DNA of 64,000 bases from Lama guanicoe (GCA_013239625.1 MU054049.1:73015-137014), one strand, 5' to 3'. Shown: positions 1 through 12,500, numbered from the stretch's first letter. A program made the numbers and translations. Notes: generated from the letters alone by a model not told the origin.

Positions 1-689
1 AGTGAACAGTCTAGCCTGTCTGTGGCTGGGGATACCTTGGCAGGGAGGGTGGACAGCCTGGTCCAGCCCCTCTCGTGGCAGGTCAGTGGGTGCCTTGAGG
101 GGTCCTCCAGCAGGGAGAGATCTGAGAAAGTTGCAGAGCAGAGCAGTGGCCCTGGCTATAGGCTGGGACACAGAAACAGGGAGGAGGCTGTGGTGGGGAT
201 TTAGACACTAAGCCAGGACCCCAAGACAAGGGAGAAGGATGGACAGTGCAGTTTGTTGTAAGAAAATAATCTGTGCCTGATTGAAACAGGAAAGGATGTC
301 TGGAGAGGAGCCTGGATGCACCCAGTGTGGGATGGGCAAGCTGGGGGCCCAGGCTGGACAGTGGACAGAAGCAAGGAGCTACTCAGCAGGACCTCAGCTG
401 AGGTCAGGCAGGGAACTGCCTCTAAAGGGCACTGCTGCTGCCCCTGCTAAGTCGGGGCACGGCTGTGCTGCCCTGCACACTGGACATCTGGCCTCTGCTA
501 CTGCCCACCTTCCCTGAGTCACTTTGTCCAGAAAAAAAAAACAACAACATCCTGCACAGGAGGCTCTGATTGGCCCAGGCAGGCCCTCGTGTCCATACCC
601 CACTGCCAGGGATCTGGAAAAGTGAGCTTCCAGGGGGTCCAGTTTTGTGGAGGGGGAATGGTTCTAGCTGACACTGGCCGCCTGCTAGA

Positions 690-860
690 TGAACTCACTT
701 AATCCACACAGCCTCAAAGGTGATATTATCTCTCCCATTGCACAGATGAGGAAACTGAGGCATAGAGATGAGAAGTTGCCCAGAAGTTGCCCAGAGTCAC
801 GTGGCTGGGAAGTGGCAGGGCTGGCCTTCTTACTCCGGCAGACTCAAGCCGGAACCTAAT
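690..860 (-). mobile_element. MIR SINE fragment
   Basis: CCCATTGCACAGATGAGGAAACTGAGGC core. Confidence 0.7.
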
Positions 861-1339
861 CACCTCTCTCTCTGATTCTGAGTGAGTCTGTTTCCCACAG
901 GTTCATATGGGGAGCAATTCTCTGATCATCCAAAGGCGGGTGGGGCAAATGCTGATGGCCTTGAAGGAGGACAGATGTCCACTGGGCTAGATGTGTGACC
1001 GCAGTGAATTACTGATCCTGTCTGAGGCTCTGAGGCGGAGTTGACTGCGGTGGAGATGATAATTGCGGATGTCCCTCTGGTGTGATGCTCAGAAGCGAGA
1101 ACTATATACATCACCCACCCCAAGAACCGCTCCGCCCCTTCCCCTCTTTAAGAACCGCTGGGATCTTTGCCATCTGCTGACCCCACCGTTCCTCTGGGGC
1201 ACCTTACACAAGATAAGCTGTAATAGATGCCAGGGGTGCAAATCAAGGAAATCCAAATGATGTGAAAGGAAAACCATGAAAAAAAAAATTAACAACCGCC
1301 AATGATCACAAAGTTTTGGATAGTGATTCAGTTATATAA

Positions 1340-1359
1340 TTTATTTTATCTCATTTATT
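1340..1359 (-). terminator. Candidate RBP3 polyadenylation signals (two AATAAA on the minus strand, 1354-1359 and 1340-1345)
   Basis: These are the first AATAAA hexamers I found downstream of the stop, in an AT-rich block. They imply a 3' UTR of about 2 kb. Confidence 0.55.
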
Positions 1360-1517
1360 GTATTCTTGGAATAATGACTGCTGCATTTGAAAATACTGAT
1401 ATATGCTAATCATAAGGATTTAAGAAAAAGAGAAAGCATAAAGAAGAAAGTTAAAATGCCACCCCAAATGTTACCACCTAGAAGAAACCATTGTTTGATT
1501 TAGGTTATCATCAGCTA

Positions 1518-1596
1518 GTTGTGTGTGTGAGTGTGTGTGTGTGTGAAAGAGAAAGAGGGAGAAAGAGAGAGAGAGAGAAGAGAGGGAGGAGAGAGA
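1518..1596. repeat. Compound (GT)n(GA)n microsatellite in the putative RBP3 3' UTR
   Basis: A gtgtgtgt run followed by imperfect gagaga runs. Confidence 0.9.
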
Positions 1597-2776
1597 TTCC
1601 TGGAGTGTAAGCATGGAGGGTGGTCCCACATCTGCCTGGATATTAAAAGGTCTAATGAAGAAAAAGGTGATATCACAGTAAATGTGAAACTATTAAAATT
1701 CAATCATGCCCTGACTCTTGCTCGAATTTAGCAGGAGGAAAAGGTGCTGTAGTGAAATCTTGACTTCCATCAGGGCTCTCCTGCTTTCATAGGGTTGGTG
1801 TGAGGGCTTCTAGTGGAGAAACCCCTAGAGATTGGTGGTGGCCTGGATTCCCCAGATCTATGGGGTCTGGGGAGGGGCTGATGAAGTCAGGGCCGTGCCT
1901 GGTGCGGCGGGGCAGCGCCTGTGGCAGCTGCAGCCTGGACTCACCAGAGCGCAGGGCCAGACAGTACTCCATCCTCACCCAGGCAGTCCTGGGGCCTGGG
2001 GGTCCGGGAGTAGGGACTGGGTGCTCGGGTCACCCACCCCCCAGCCCTGCTCCCTACATGACTTTGGGCAGAGCCCCCTGGTCCCAGGGCACCAGCTGGG
2101 GCCTCTCCTTCCCCCCAGGTCACCACGGGGCTCCGGGCTCCCTCCCAGGACCAGCCCAGCTCTGGCGGCGGGGTTTGGGGCTCTGCCTGTTGCAAGCTTC
2201 TCACCCTGTTAGGAGTCAGCTTGGTCGTCAGAGCCAGCACAGTGATGGGCCGCACCTGGACGAGCAGGGCAGGTGCCCAGATTGCCACCCAGAGCCACTC
2301 GCCCCTCCAGCAGCAGCAAAGCCTGTCGGGGTGCTGCGTGGCACCGGGGCTCACTTTAGTGTCCCTGGCAGAAGCGGGATAACCAGGACGAGGGAGGAAC
2401 ATGTGAAGGAAAGTCAGACTTGCTGTGTCAGATTGGCTGGGGAGGCCTGGGGGGGCAGGGAGGAGAGGCTTCTAAGTGAATCCTGACTTGTCTTCAGGGG
2501 TCTGAGGGCTGCCACCCGGAGGAAGATGTGGATTTGCAGCCCGATAGTCATGTGTGTTCTTTGTGCGCCCACCGCCGTGCCAGCTGCTGCGCCAGGTGGC
2601 ATGCAGGAGGAGACGAGGATGAGGAGGATGGTTCCTGTCCCTCAGGGCTCTCAGCAGGGTGGGGACAGAAATGACCCCAGGGCAGGGTGGGAGAGGTGCT
2701 AAAATTGGGAAGATGCAAGGGCAGGGAGGGCAGAAGGGAGCCAGTGTGGCGGGGCAGTGACCAGTGACCTCTGGGC

Positions 2777-3106
2777 CTGCACTGTCCCACATGGGAGCCG
2801 CCAGCTGCAGGGGATCGCTGTGCGCTTGACATACGACATGTGCTGATGGAGATGTCTGGTAAGTGCGGGCCACATAAACCAGATCTCAAAGACTTTGTGC
2901 AAACGCATCTCATTCATAATAATTTTGATAGTGAGCACACATTGAAAGGATACTACTGTGAATACAGTGGGTTAAACGCAGTATACTGTTAAAATCAATT
3001 TCACCTGCTCCTTTATACTTTTCTTAACTGTGGTGCTGAGAACATATAAAGTGACACACGTGCCTGGCATCTGTGCCTCACACTGTGATGCTGTTGGACA
3101 GAGATG
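2777..3106 (-). mobile_element. MER33-like hAT-Charlie DNA transposon in the RBP3 3' UTR
   Basis: Ends CTGCACTGTCC...TTGGACAG. The internal GGGTTAAA...TTAAAATCAATTTCACCTG resembles the reverse complement of the MER33 consensus. Confidence 0.6.
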
Positions 3107-3316
3107 CTCCCGCGGACTGCATGAGGACCAGGGGTTGGGGATTAAGAAGCCCCGGGGGAAATAGATCTGGACTTCACTCCCCTAAAATAACTGTTATGGA
3201 GCGGCTGAGCCTAGAAGGGGGTGAGCACCCTGTCCCTAGGTGTTCCAACAGAGAGGACACTGGCAATGGGAAAGGGACCAGATGGGTGAGCTCCAAGGGT
3301 ACCCCTAATTCTAGGC

Positions 3317-3795
3317 CTAGCCAGAGCTCATCACACCCCTTTTCCGCCCTTTGGGGACCTCAGTCAGGACCTCATGCCGGGGTGCCCCTTGGAAGTGGTC
3401 CAGAGGCCCCGCCCTTCCCGGGTGCTGCCCCAGGAGGCCCTTGTGGTGACCCCGCAGGCCTGCGCTCCGCCTCACCCTTAGCAGAGTGTGCTGGAGCATC
3501 TGCTTGGCTCTGCTGAGGGCTGCATCTGCAGGCTCAGCCACGTCGGGTACCACGCCCACCCCTTCCCAGGAGCTGCCGTCTGCAGACCCCACTGAGCGGG
3601 CCGTGGGGATGGTGATATAGAGGTCGGTGTCGTCCACGTGGTAGGTTTGCGGCGGCTGGCAGCCCCCGCTGGTCACCTCCCCGACGACCAGTGCCCGGCC
3701 CAGCATCTTCATGATGTAGGTAAATTCCTCTGCAGCGCCTGTTGTCAGACTGCTGGTCAGAATGATTATACTTTTCTTAGAGCCGTAGCGTTCAC
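3317..3795 (-). CDS. RBP3: RBP3 coding exon 4 (to stop codon); full protein 1286 aa
   Basis: TGCAG|GTGAAC acceptor. Encodes [16 protein letters not shown]...[53 protein letters not shown]...SSG*. Spliced CDS 3048+191+143+479 = 3861 nt, divisible by 3. Confidence 0.97.
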
Positions 3796-4177
3796 CTGCA
3801 AGATGGAAGTCTCTTTAAAAAAATAGGGAGTCAAGTCCCCACCCTGGGCACCTGCCTTCTTCATGCTGCCTAGACCCGCAGAGAGCAGGGCCAGGGACTC
3901 AGTTCTGAGTCCTTGTGTCTACATGCAAGTCACTCTACCTTTCTGAGCCTCAGTTTCTGCATCTGCAAAATGGGGATAAGCATGTGTGCCTAATTCCAAG
4001 CATATATGTGCCTGAGAGCTTTTATTACCAAGTGATGGGAAAAGACTTGACTTAACAAAGAAAAGGGCATGTTTCTTCTTCATGAGTAATGAGAATGGCT
4101 AACCTGACTAAACTCTTTTCACTTTAAACCCTCAGAAGAACCAAAATTTGTGACTTCATGACAACAACCCTTTAGGA

Positions 4178-4497
4178 TAGTGAGGTCCAATAGAAATGTA
4201 ACATGAGTCAGAATGCAAGCCATAGACGTCATTTTAGGTTTTCTGGGAACCACATCAAACAACTAAAAAGACTTCGATGAGATTCATTTAAAGTAATGTT
4301 TTATTGACTCAATGTATCGGATATATGATCCTCTTAAAAATGCAATTAAATATTGAGATATTGTACATCCTTTTCTTTCATAAAAAGTCTTCAAAATCTG
4401 GTATGCATGTAACACTTTATGCCTCTCCATTCACACAAGCCACATTTCAACGCTCAGTGGCCATCTGTGGCATGTGGCTCCCATATTGGACACTGCA
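4178..4497 (+). mobile_element. MER33-like hAT-Charlie DNA transposon in RBP3 intron 3
   Basis: GTCCAATAGAAAT...AAGTCTTCAAAATCTGGT...GCCACATTTCAA...ATATTGGACACTGCA matches the recalled MER33 consensus. Confidence 0.75.
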
Positions 4498-5074
4498 ATT
4501 CCAGGACCTTGTGGTCTGCAGATCTGTGTTTCACCTCCTATCTCAAAAATCTATTTGAATTGAGAATTCAGCTGGTCCTGATTTTTATTTACATTGTACA
4601 ATATTATTGAATGGGTGTTCTGGAATGAACCACTGAATGTTTGTGTGATGAGGAAGTGTGCAAATGAAAATTGCAGGGTGCTTTTTTGATCAGATGCCCA
4701 CCCCTGTTGGTTTCCCAGGTCTGCTTGTTAGATGGAAGCAGAGATTCCTTGGTTTTGCAAGCCAGGCAAGGGAGACGGAGTGAGGCTCTCCACTCAAGAC
4801 GTGGTTGGGAGAGCCGTGACTCTGTAAAGCACAGGACCTGCACTGCCCCCTGCGGCCATTGCCTTGGACCCAGGGCGGGTAACAGAAGCCCCATCAGAGT
4901 TATGGACTTTCTTTAGGCAGGTGTGCTGAGGAGATGCTGAGAGCTCAGGTATGATGGCAAACCACTGGGAACCCCATGGGGCTTGGTGATGGGCAGGGGG
5001 TCCTTCTGGTTCTGCATTCGTCTTGCAGGCTGACAGTTGTAGTGGCGAGAATGGGGAGTGCTTTGGTTTTGGAC

Positions 5075-5250
5075 AAACAAGGTTCAAGTTTTGGCGCTGT
5101 CACTTAGCTGTGTGACCTTAGACAGGATACTCAACCTAGTTGAGACTCAGTTTTCTCCTCTAGAAAATGGGCAGCCATGGTACACGTTTTGCAGGGATTA
5201 ATGACCATGGGTGCAAAGTACATGACGTAGGACAGGGCTTTATAGTCTGG
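5075..5250 (+). mobile_element. MIR SINE fragment
   Basis: CACTTAGCTGTGTGACCTTAGACA...CTCAGTTTTCTCCTCTAGAAAATGGG core. Confidence 0.7.
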
Positions 5251-5342
5251 CTACTATTACTTTTACCTGAACCCAGACTGTCTTTCCTTGATTTCCCAGC
5301 AATTCTAGAGTGATAATAGGAAGGGGAGGCTTCTGCACATAC

Positions 5343-5485
5343 CTTCAAGCCCTGCGTGGGTCCAGAGCTCGCTGACAGAGTCATTGGGCCGGTTGTAGAT
5401 TTTGTCCAGCAGGATAGGAGGGCCTTCGTCAAAGAAGTAGGAGCACAGGACGGAGATGGAGGAGGTGGGGCCACCAATGTTGAAC
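5343..5485 (-). CDS. RBP3: RBP3 coding exon 3 (143 nt)
   Basis: GTCAG|GTTCAAC acceptor and GAAG|GTATGT donor. Encodes [47 protein letters not shown], in phase with exons 2 and 4. Confidence 0.96.
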
Positions 5486-7359
5486 CTGACGGAAGGGAAA
5501 TGTCCATTGAGGAGGCCCTCGGTGGGCCCCTGGGAGCCCGAATCCTTGCCCTGTGGAGGGTTCTAATTCCAGGCAGCCTCAGTCGAGGGCCCCTTCCTCC
5601 TCCTCCAGAATCCTTTGGTCGGCATTTTTCGGAGTCCAAGTCTCTTGAGAACAAGAGACTTTGAGGTCAAATTCATTTAGAAAATACTGCATAACATACC
5701 CACCCCGTCTGATCACACATTAAGACATTATGTGATACATATTGTGTACATCACATTAAGGGCTCTGACAAGTCCTGCAGCCGGGAACTTGTTGATAAAT
5801 TTCTCCTGCTTACTGACCATGGACGGACTGCTCCCCTGCATCCATGCTGCTTGTGAGTGGAGCACATTTTGGGAAGGCTGTCTTCTCCAGTTGCAGTCTC
5901 CATAATTTCACAAAACCCACTACGTGTCTTGGTTGAGGTATCCTAACGTGGCATTTAGTGGGGTGGGATGCTCAGAGTTGTGGAACCACACTGCTGGTGA
6001 GGGAGCCTGTGATCATCCCAGGCCATTTGGATTTGTCCCACTGTGTGACCTTGCTGGGACCCTGTCTCCTTTTTGTGAAACCAGGAATCCTGGGCTGCCA
6101 GTTGATGGTCTAGGGTGGCCTGACTGGGTTCAGGGCTCATGACTTCAGCGTTCAAACCTCCAAACCTCGGCTTGGAAGGGTCTTTGAGCAAAGCACACCT
6201 GTGGGCTGGGTCTCCTCTTTGAAAAATGTGGACAACACAGTTAAGCAGAAAGGGACTTAGCACAAGGGTGATTCAGATGTTCAACAGAGCATTTGAAGAA
6301 TAAAGTTATCGTAGGTACCACAGGAGTCCCCAAGCTCAGGTTCTGGGCTCGCAGAAACCCAAGCCCTGGGAGATGGTTTATCTTCCAGGGAAGAGAGCCC
6401 ACCTCTGGGATCCAGCGCCACCTAGTGACGACTCAGAATCACAGGGGTGTTGCAAGCCAGGGACGAGAGCTCCCTCTCAGTCAATCCAGCAGCTGTGGAT
6501 GGGGCCAGAGTCCACACCCCAGGGGAGCAGGCTGACCCCCTCCCAGTGCCCATGGAGGGTGCCCAGGACAAGTCCTCTGATGGCCCTGGGAGTGACGAGG
6601 GGCCTGACCACTGCCTGAGAGCATTCTTCTACGTTTTGCCCTACGTTGCACGGAGTCTTCCAGCTCCGTGAAGGGCACTCACCCTATATGAGGCACACCT
6701 TCACAGAAGCAGAAGGGAGGTCACTAGCTGAAAGCACCCCCCACCATAATCATTTCGTGGTGCAAAGAATTCTTTCTGCAGCAATGGTGGCTAAATTGCA
6801 AATTCCCTCTGGGACCCTGGCTGTATGATTCCCGTGACCAGCGTTGTCCTGGGCGGGCTTTGTGTGATATGAGTCACAGCCACAAGAGGGCGCCAGCTGT
6901 CCCAGACATGACTGATTACCAGCGTTACCTGGATGATGCTTGTCAAATACATAGGTCACTGGACCTTGCCCCGGGCGCTTTGGATTCAGGAGGGCTGGGA
7001 AGGACCCTGGAATCAATGTATTTAAAGTCACCCTTCCCCTGTCTCCTCACTGACTCCTATGACCAAGCAAGTTTGGGGACTACCTGATTAGCCCAGTGAG
7101 TCTCAGCCTGGAGTACTCCTTGAGGTCATCTGAGCTTACAGAAAACTACCAATACTGGTGGCGTACCTGGCCAATTAAGCCTAGAACCCCAAGCTAGCTG
7201 GCCAGAGCCCTGAGAGCCAGGCAGCTGCTCCACTCGGGTCCTGCCTTGCATCCCAGGGTCCTATCTTCCCTACCTATGGGAACTAAGACCCACAGCTTTG
7301 CCTGTCTTCCAGCCACTGCCCCGGCCTGGCCAGGACCTGCTGAGCCCTGGCCCACTGAC

Positions 7360-7550
7360 CTCATGTCGATAATCAGGGAGTCCGTGTGCACAATCTTCTT
7401 CCAGACGTGCTCCACCAGCAGCTCGGAGACCTGGGTGAGCAGCTCACTGTCCGCAAACATGTCAAACCTCAAGTAGCCGATGTTGCCCTCCAGCACGTTA
7501 GTGTGGAAGGAAAACTTGATCAGGTCTTCGAAGACTTCAGGGGAAGGGAT
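7360..7550 (-). CDS. RBP3: RBP3 coding exon 2 (191 nt)
   Basis: TTTCAG|ATCCCT acceptor and ATGAG|GTCAGT donor. Encodes [38 protein letters not shown]...IIDMR. Confidence 0.97.
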
Positions 7551-7999
7551 CTGAAAGATTGGGAGGCTGGCTCAGCGTCAGGAGAGGAGAGATTTGAAAG
7601 CTCGGGTTTGAAAGTGGGTCCCACAGAGGAAGTTCCTGCACACCCCGAGAAATATTGAGGGCGTGGGAAGGTAGCTAACATTTCCGAAGGAGGTTGTAGG
7701 AGCCAGGACCTTCCCTGATGGTATCTGGGAGGCTACACGGGTGGTGGGCCTGGGATGTGAACCCACGTGCAGTCAGCAGCCTCCTTACGGAGAAGGGGTA
7801 CCTACGCCTCGCCCTGGTGTCAGAGCTGAAAGGCTCAGGCATGGTCTCAGCTCTGACTCCCCTGAGCTCACCAGACACTTCTTGATGTCTCTGAGTGCAT
7901 CATCCTCTCCCTCCCCGGGGCAGGGAGGGAAGACATTAACTACTGGGGGCCTGAATCTTTATCAGGGACCAGGTCCAGTTCCTGTAGAGGAGACACTCT

Positions 8000-8110
8000 G
8001 ATCCCCATCTTGAAAAAACCGAAGCACAGAGTGATTAAGTAACTTGCCCAAGGTCACACAGCCCAGTAAGTGGTAGAGCCAGAGTATGAATTCACATGTG
8101 ACTGCAAACT
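8000..8110 (-). mobile_element. MIR SINE fragment
   Basis: TAAGTAACTTGCCCAAGGTCACACAGC...AGTGGTAGAGCCAG. Confidence 0.7.
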
Positions 8111-9544
8111 CCAGCAGGAACAGCCCTGCTGACTAGGACAGCTGGCCTCCAGGCCTGGCACTGACCTCAGTCACAGACACTTTGGCTCCAGACCATTCTC
8201 TTCAGCCCCCTCCAGGCCTCAGTTCCCCTTTTGGTAAAATGGGATGACGGTTCTGCAGAGATGCTTTTGATGCCCTCAGCCCTCCTCTGACTTCAGCCAC
8301 AGGGTTGACAGGGCCCTGCCTCCAGCACACCCCTGTCTTTGTACTCTACTTCAAGACCAAGCTGCCCCAGAGTCCGAGAGAGCTCGTGTCCCTAGGGGGA
8401 CCTTCAGCGAATGGAGGACGGGGGCTGCAGGGTCCCATCTGCAGAGGGACGGCTCTGGGAAGCATTCCTCACACTTGTCAGGGTCCTGCTGGAATCTTCA
8501 GCAGCAACAGCCTCAATAATGCCCCCACCTGCGGGCTTTCCCTCCCTCCTTATCTTGCTCCCCCCACTCCCTCACTCCCGCTCCAGACTGCCTGCACCCA
8601 ACCGCTGTCTCGGGTCTTGCCTTCAAGTGAACCAGGACGATGCTGCCCTGCCTACTTGTGACTGCCGAGAAATCGCAGATGATGCACACCGTGTTATAAA
8701 GCTGCATTTAGAGGAGCCCTTCGCTGGTGGGAGTGCTCGGTGAACCCTGTGCTGTAGTCTGGCCCCTGGTCTGGAGACCTTTTACCTCATCTGCATCAAA
8801 ACTCCTCAACCTTAATTACCTTTTCAGTGTTCCCCCAACCTGCATCGCTGGCTTCAGATATTTTGAAAACAGCCTTGTTCAGAATTTCCCATCCGACTGG
8901 CCCTTGTATCCGGGTGCACACCCACCAGTACGATTCCAGCAGGAGACAGGACTTGGCATTAGGGGGACGGGAGGAGAGGCAGCTGGTGATGACCAAGGCA
9001 GACTCACCACCGGGGTTCTCCCGGCTTTGCACTGGCACTTCAGGGCCCGTGCCAGGGCTCCATGCTCTAGCTCTGAGGTGACCATGAGGAAAAGAAATCT
9101 GCCTGCCTCCCTCTCTCCATCCCCTCAACTCATCCACCCAAACTACAAACCCCCGAGGCAGGCAGGGGATGCAGATGGACACAAACCTCACATTTCCAGA
9201 GGGGGACATCACAGGGACCTCGTGTGGCTTAGTGACATCTTTCCCTAACACCAACAATGAAGTCCTGCAGACACTTTGCCTTCCTCCCAGACAAGAGTGA
9301 AGCTCCCTCTTTACCAGCAGTTTTCCCGTGGGTACCAAAGTTCTACAGAGGTGCTCAGGGACCGCATGGGTACAGAGAATGGATGACAGGGTGAGAGAGA
9401 GGAAAAGATGGGAGTGGTAAAAACTTAAACACGAAAACAAGTCTAGGAGCTGTTTCCTTGCACCCTGTGCAGAGCTCCGGATGTGTGGACAATTGGTTGA
9501 CTCCCTTCCGGGACCGTGCTGGACCAAGTCTCCCTTTAACTCAC

Positions 9545-12500
9545 CTGCATGGGCACAATCCCAGGAATGCGGTCCTTGGCATCCTCGGGGATGTGGGCAA
9601 TCTTCAGGTGTGGGTCCCCGGACAGCATCTGCAGGTCAGCCTGAAGCATCTCGGCCAGGGAGGCTTCTGAGGTCACCCTGGCGTAGCGGGCCTGTAGACC
9701 GCTCAGTTTGGCAGCCATCCTCGCCCCCAGCTCCGGGGAGGCGTAGTTATCTGCTACGAGCTTCCCAGCTGTCTGCAGCACAGTGGGTACCTTGGCACGC
9801 AGGGCCACTATATCCCGGGCTGTGGAGAGGGCCGCGCTCATGGGCACGGTGATGTCCGGCTCCACCCCAGCCAGGTCCCAGGCCTCGCCTGTGCTGGCAC
9901 TCAGGGCCATCTGTGTGGGCATGGAGGCGTATAAGGGGCTGCTGCCCACCTGATAGATGCCCACAGAGAGCGCCCCTCCGGCTGTGGGCTCCCCGATGAC
10001 GGTGGCCCGCTGCAGGTCCTGCATGGTGTGAGCGAAAGCTTCAGCCGCCGACCCGCTGGTGTGGCTCATCAGGATGTAGAGGTCCTTGTGGGAGCCGTAG
10101 CGCTGGCCCGCCACCTGGGGCAGGGTCCACACCTCCATGACTCTCGACGTGGCCCTGTCGAAGATGGAGTAGAGGTGCCGGCGAGGTTCCGCCTCAAAGA
10201 AGTAAGAGCAGAGCAGCGGCACGGCCGTGGAGTAGCTGCCGGGGTTGTAGCGCAGGTCGATGACCAGCGCCGCCGTGTCTACCAGCTTCTGCCACACGAG
10301 CTGCACCAACTGCGGCCCGACGGCCTTCACCGTCTCCATCTCGGCCATGGCATCGAAACGCAGGTAGCCCAGCCGGCCGGGCAGCACCTCCGTCTTGAAC
10401 AGGGCCTCGATGAGATAGGAGAGCTCCTCTGGGGAGGGGACGGCGGGAGGTGGCGGGGGCACCTCCTCAACCAGCATCTCGCCGGGGCTGTGGAACACCA
10501 GCAGACGGTGGTCCCCAGACATCTCCTGTAGGTCGGCCGTGAGCTGGGAGGCCAGCGACTCCAGGTCCACTGCTGTGCGGTAGGCCCCTTGGGCCAGCTT
10601 GGCTCGCAGCAGGGCGCCCGTCTGCCCCACGACCTCTGGCCGGGCGTAGTGGGCCTCCAGCAGGCGCCCCGTGCCTTCCACCAGCTCCCCCAGGCTTCGG
10701 TGGAACTCCAGCACCTCCTGGGCTTTGTCCAGAGCTTCCTCGGCCAGCACGATGGCGTCGGGGACCACGCCGCCCCCCAGCCAGCACTCACCATGGTTGT
10801 CGATGAAGGTGAGCACGGGCACTGTGAGTGCCAGGCCCCCCTCGGGCGTCTCCAGCAGGGACACCGTTTGTGTGTGCAGCAGGCTGCCCGCGGTGATCTC
10901 GCCCACCAGCGTGGCCCAGCCCAGTGACTGCATAAGGAAGGCCAGCTCCTCGGCCGCGGTGGCAGTGCGGTGGCTGGTGAGCAGGTATACCCCGCGCTGG
11001 TTGCCGTAACGCTGGCCCGGCAGCTCCGTTTGGCTGAAGTGCTCCTGGGTGACGTTGGTGCGGCGGTCGTAGGTGGTGAAGAGGCGCATGGGGCTGGCAT
11101 CGGGGCCCTGGAAGTAGGAGAGGAGCATGGGCATGGCAGTGGACGGCCCCCCGGGGTTCTGCCGCAGGTCCATGATGAGATGCTCCGTGTCCTGCAAGGG
11201 CTCCCATACCTGGTGCAGGATGTACGGGCCCAGTGCCCCCAGCACGGAGGCATCGGCAAAACTGTCGAAGCGCAGGTAGCCCACGTTGCCGGGCAACACC
11301 GACACCTGGAACACAGAGTCCACCAGGGCCCTCCGGGCATCCTCATCCTCAGGCAATGCTGGGACCACCTCTGGCGGTTCTTCAACATCATCCCCGGGCC
11401 CGGAAGAGATTTCTTTAGACCTGACCACCTGCACCAAGAGCCTGGGGTCCTCAGACACAGACTGTAGGCCGGCGTTGAGCTTAGTGACCAGATCCTCCTC
11501 GGAGACCACTGAGGACAGGTCCATGCCGGCCAGGTGCTGCAGCAGGGCGGGGACACGGTCCACCAGCGTGTAGTAGTCCTGCAGGGCGTCCTGCAGGCGC
11601 CGGATGACTCCTGGCAGGGCCTGGCGCAGCTTGAGGATGGCCAGGGCTTTCTCCAGGGCCTGCTCAGCTGGTGTCCCCACACAAGGCAGCACCCTGCTGC
11701 CCTCCCACGTCTGGCTGCCCTCGCCCAGGGGCCCCAGGGACCTGGACACAGGCACGGTGAAGAAGAAGTCGGACTGGCCGATCCTCAGCTTCTGGAGGTC
11801 CAGGGCACCCCCCACAGTCCGCTCCCCCACCACGATGGCCCTGCGAATCTGTTTGAGGATGTAAGCGATGTCCTCAGCCACGCCCCCAGTGCGGCCACTG
11901 GTGAGGACCACCACATCCTTATCAGCACTGTACCTCTCTCCCAGGACGTCAGGCAGGGTCCAGATCTCAGTGGTCGTATTGGAGGGGCGGTCGTAGATGG
12001 TGTCCACATGCAGGACCGTGTTCCCTGGGTGCAGGTAGGAGATGACATAGGAGATGCCAGAAACTTGACCTCCAGTACAGTGCCTGAGATCCAGCACCAA
12101 GGCAGAGGTGTCCATGAGCTTCTTCCAGACGTTGGCCACCAGGAAGCTTCTCAGCTTGCTCAGTACCTCCTGACCTGGGATGTCGTCCACCCGCAGGTAG
12201 CCCACGTTGCCTTCCAGAACCTCATGGCGGATGCCATTCTGTAGCCCCGCAATGAGTTCCTCTTGTGTGAGACTGTCGAGGGCCGGGGCTTGCCGGGGAG
12301 CCTCGAGGGTGCTGGGCTCATAGGAGATGACCAGGCGTGGGTCATTCAGGGAGCTCTGCACCCCAGTTGTCAGCACGTGGGCCAGAGTGTGAGGGTCTGA
12401 GATGGACAACATCTCACGACTCTGGATGGCCTGCTCGATGGCTTCCTCCATCCCCATCAGGTTCTCTGGGAAGCAGTAGTTATCCAAGAGGACTTTGGCC

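Noticed and set aside
770..795. 11-bp tandem repeat AGAAGTTGCCC x2
   Set aside because: A trivial slippage duplication inside a MIR.
1800..2486. 228-aa plus-strand ORF and overlapping ORFs
   Set aside because: GC-rich sequence antisense to the RBP3 3' UTR, with a non-ATG start and no recognisable protein features.
8796..9527. 243-aa minus-strand ORF in RBP3 intron 1
   Set aside because: It is separated from exon 1 by a stop codon, has no recognisable homology and has random-like composition.
10327..11682. 451-aa alternative-frame ORF, plus several antisense ORFs, overlapping RBP3 exon 1
   Set aside because: These are low-complexity W/R/P/S/C-rich shadow frames expected from a GC3-rich coding exon, with no recognisable domain.
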